Assembly (NCBI GenBank): GCA_048938025.1
Contig: JBHLMP010000032.1
Coordinates: 1-42,281, forward strand
Direction: 5' to 3'
Origin: Promethearchaeota archaeon
GTDB lineage: Archaea; Asgardarchaeota; Lokiarchaeia; Sigyniarchaeales; SOKP01
Length of the DNA stretch: 42,281 nucleotides
Below, piece by piece: positions 40,378-42,281 of the stretch. The position numbers and the translations under genes are program-made. Positions within the stretch are counted from its first letter, which is position 1. Each line of letters opens with the position of its first letter. Under the pieces are notes generated by a model. It did not search any database and had not been told where the DNA came from. It worked only from the letters and a program-made list of their open reading frames with translations.

Positions 40378-42281
40378 TTGACTTCAGAACAGATTGAAGA
40401 AATTTTATTAAAAGAAGAAATGAAAAGCAGCTATATCGATTATGCTATGTCAGTTGTAGTCGGTAGAGCAATTCCAGATGTGAGAGATGGATTAAAAGTT
40501 GTACACAGAAGAATTTTATACGCTATGACAACCAACAATTGGAATTATACCGGTCCCACAGTAAAATGTGCTAAGATTGTGGGCGAGACTTTAGGAAATT
40601 ATCACCCACACGGTGATTTGGCAGTATACAATGCATTAGTTAGAATGGGACAGGACTTTTCATTAAGATATCCTTTGATTCATCCACAGGGGAATTTTGG
40701 ATCTATAGATGGAGATCCACCTGCCGCGTATAGATATACTGAAGCAAAATTATCACTAATATCAAATGAACTGATTGAAGATATAGATAAAGAAACTGTA
40801 GAGTTTCAACCTAATTTTGATAATAGTACTTCTGAACCCGTATATCTACCTGCAAAACTTCCTAATATTTTATTAAATGGCACTAAAGGAATTGCAGTCG
40901 GAATGGCAACATCTATGCCCCCACATAATTTAACAGAAATATGTAATGGAATTATTGCAGCTATAGATGATCCTGAAATATCTATAGAAGAATTAATGGA
41001 AATCATTAAAGGTCCTGATTTTCCAACAGGCGGTATTATTACTGATACAAATGGTATCTACAATGCATATACTACTGGCAATGGAACGATAAATATTAGT
41101 GGAAAGGTTGAGAGTGAAATAAAAGGAAAGAAAACTAGTTTAATTATTACTGAAATTCCATACTTAGTTAATAAAACAGATTTGATTGAATCTATTGCTA
41201 AATTAATCAAAGATGGAGTTCTTAAAGATATTAGAGATTTGCGTGATGAATCCGATAGAGCAGGTATGCGCATTGTATTAGATTTATCCAGAAATGCTCA
41301 ACCAGTTATAATAAAAAATGTTCTCTTTAAAAGAACTAGGCTTTTAACAACATTTAACACAACCAATTTAGTTTTAATTAATGAGGGAAAACAACCAAAA
41401 ATTCTCAATTTAAAGGAGATAATTAATGAATATATTGAACATCGTTTAATTATCATTAATAAAAGAACCGAATATCTTCTTAAGAAGGCAAAGGATCGAC
41501 TTCATAGAGTTGAAGGGCTTTTAATCGCATTAAATGATATCGATAATGTTGTTAATCTAATAAAAAATTCGAAAGATACAAATGAAGCAAAGAATAAGTT
41601 AAAAGTAGCTTATGAGCTGAGTGATATTCAAGTTCAATCCATATTAAGCATGCCTTTATCACGATTAACAAATTTGGAACAAAAAAAGTTAGTTGATGAA
41701 CAAAAATCATTACAATTGAGTATTAAGGAATATAATAAAATTCTGAAAGATAAGAAGGTTCGTTTGGGCATGATTAAAAGCGATTTACTTGATTTAATCA
41801 AAAAATATGGAGATGAAAGAAAAACAGAAATTAAAATGGTTGAACAAGAAGAAGTAAAAGAAATTGAGAAGAAAGATTTAATTAAAAAAGAAACTACCAT
41901 TGTGATTTTCACAAATAATCAATATATCAAAAGAATTTCTTTGGAAGAATACCAAGCTCAAAGACGTGGTGGCCGTGGGAAAAAAGGTATGACTGTACGC
42001 GAAGAGGATTTTATTACAGATTTATTTGTTTGTACAACTCATGACACAATTTTGATATTTACATCGAAAGGAAGAGTATATTCAATTATCTGTTATGATA
42101 TACCATTACAAAAACGAACTGCTAGAGGAAAACCAATAATAAATTTCGTTTCTCTGCAAACAGGGGAAAATATATCAGCTATGATACCAATTAATAACTT
42201 CAATACTAATGAAATGCTTATTATGACTACAAAAAAAGGTATTATTAAAAAAACTCCTTTAAAATTATTCTCAAAATTTAA
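40378..42281 (+). CDS. gyrA: DNA gyrase subunit A, 3'-truncated by the window edge (absent from the ORF track)
   Basis: TTG at 40378 gives [40 protein letters not shown]. Also [20 protein letters not shown] and the GyrA-box QRRGGRG at 41959-41979. Confidence 0.96.
   Translation, partial: MTSEQIEEILLKEEMKSSYIDYAMSVVVGRAIPDVRDGLKVVHRRILYAMTTNNWNYTGPTVKCAKIVGETLGNYHPHGDLAVYNALVRMGQDFSLRYPLIHPQGNFGSIDGDPPAAYRYTEAKLSLISNELIEDIDKETVEFQPNFDNSTSEPVYLPAKLPNILLNGTKGIAVGMATSMPPHNLTEICNGIIAAIDDPEISIEELMEIIKGPDFPTGGIITDTNGIYNAYTTGNGTINISGKVESEIKGKKTSLIITEIPYLVNKTDLIESIAKLIKDGVLKDIRDLRDESDRAGMRIVLDLSRNAQPVIIKNVLFKRTRLLTTFNTTNLVLINEGKQPKILNLKEIINEYIEHRLIIINKRTEYLLKKAKDRLHRVEGLLIALNDIDNVVNLIKNSKDTNEAKNKLKVAYELSDIQVQSILSMPLSRLTNLEQKKLVDEQKSLQLSIKEYNKILKDKKVRLGMIKSDLLDLIKKYGDERKTEIKMVEQEEVKEIEKKDLIKKETTIVIFTNNQYIKRISLEEYQAQRRGGRGKKGMTVREEDFITDLFVCTTHDTILIFTSKGRVYSIICYDIPLQKRTARGKPIINFVSLQTGENISAMIPINNFNTNEMLIMTTKKGIIKKTPLKLFSKF

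Overview
AT-rich archaeal chromosomal window. An archaeal type A RNase P RNA, an archaeal-type AsnRS, CofE, a solo roadblock protein and a bacterial-type gyrase together suggest an Asgard (Lokiarchaeia-like) archaeon; this is inference only. Most of the window is housekeeping or metabolic: SPFH, rubrerythrin-like protein, several methyltransferases, radical SAM, rnpB, hppA, CoA-metabolism enzymes, corA, two MscS, asnS-gatA-gatB, cofE, folP and gyrBA. The most unusual elements are: (1) two tandem ~1280-aa paralogs combining a divergent TPR-like solenoid with a near-invariant nitrilase-family (E-K-C) domain, each preceded by a copy of the same conserved non-coding element; (2) an ~885-bp transposase-less module bounded by inverted repeats that carries a methyltransferase; (3) a gatB that apparently starts at CTG; (4) a gyrA that naturally carries the S83L/D87N-equivalent residues; (5) a rubrerythrin with degenerate diiron ligands and three rubredoxin-like modules. 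No tRNA, rRNA, CRISPR array or transposase was recognised. All calls come from reading the sequence by eye; no searches were run.
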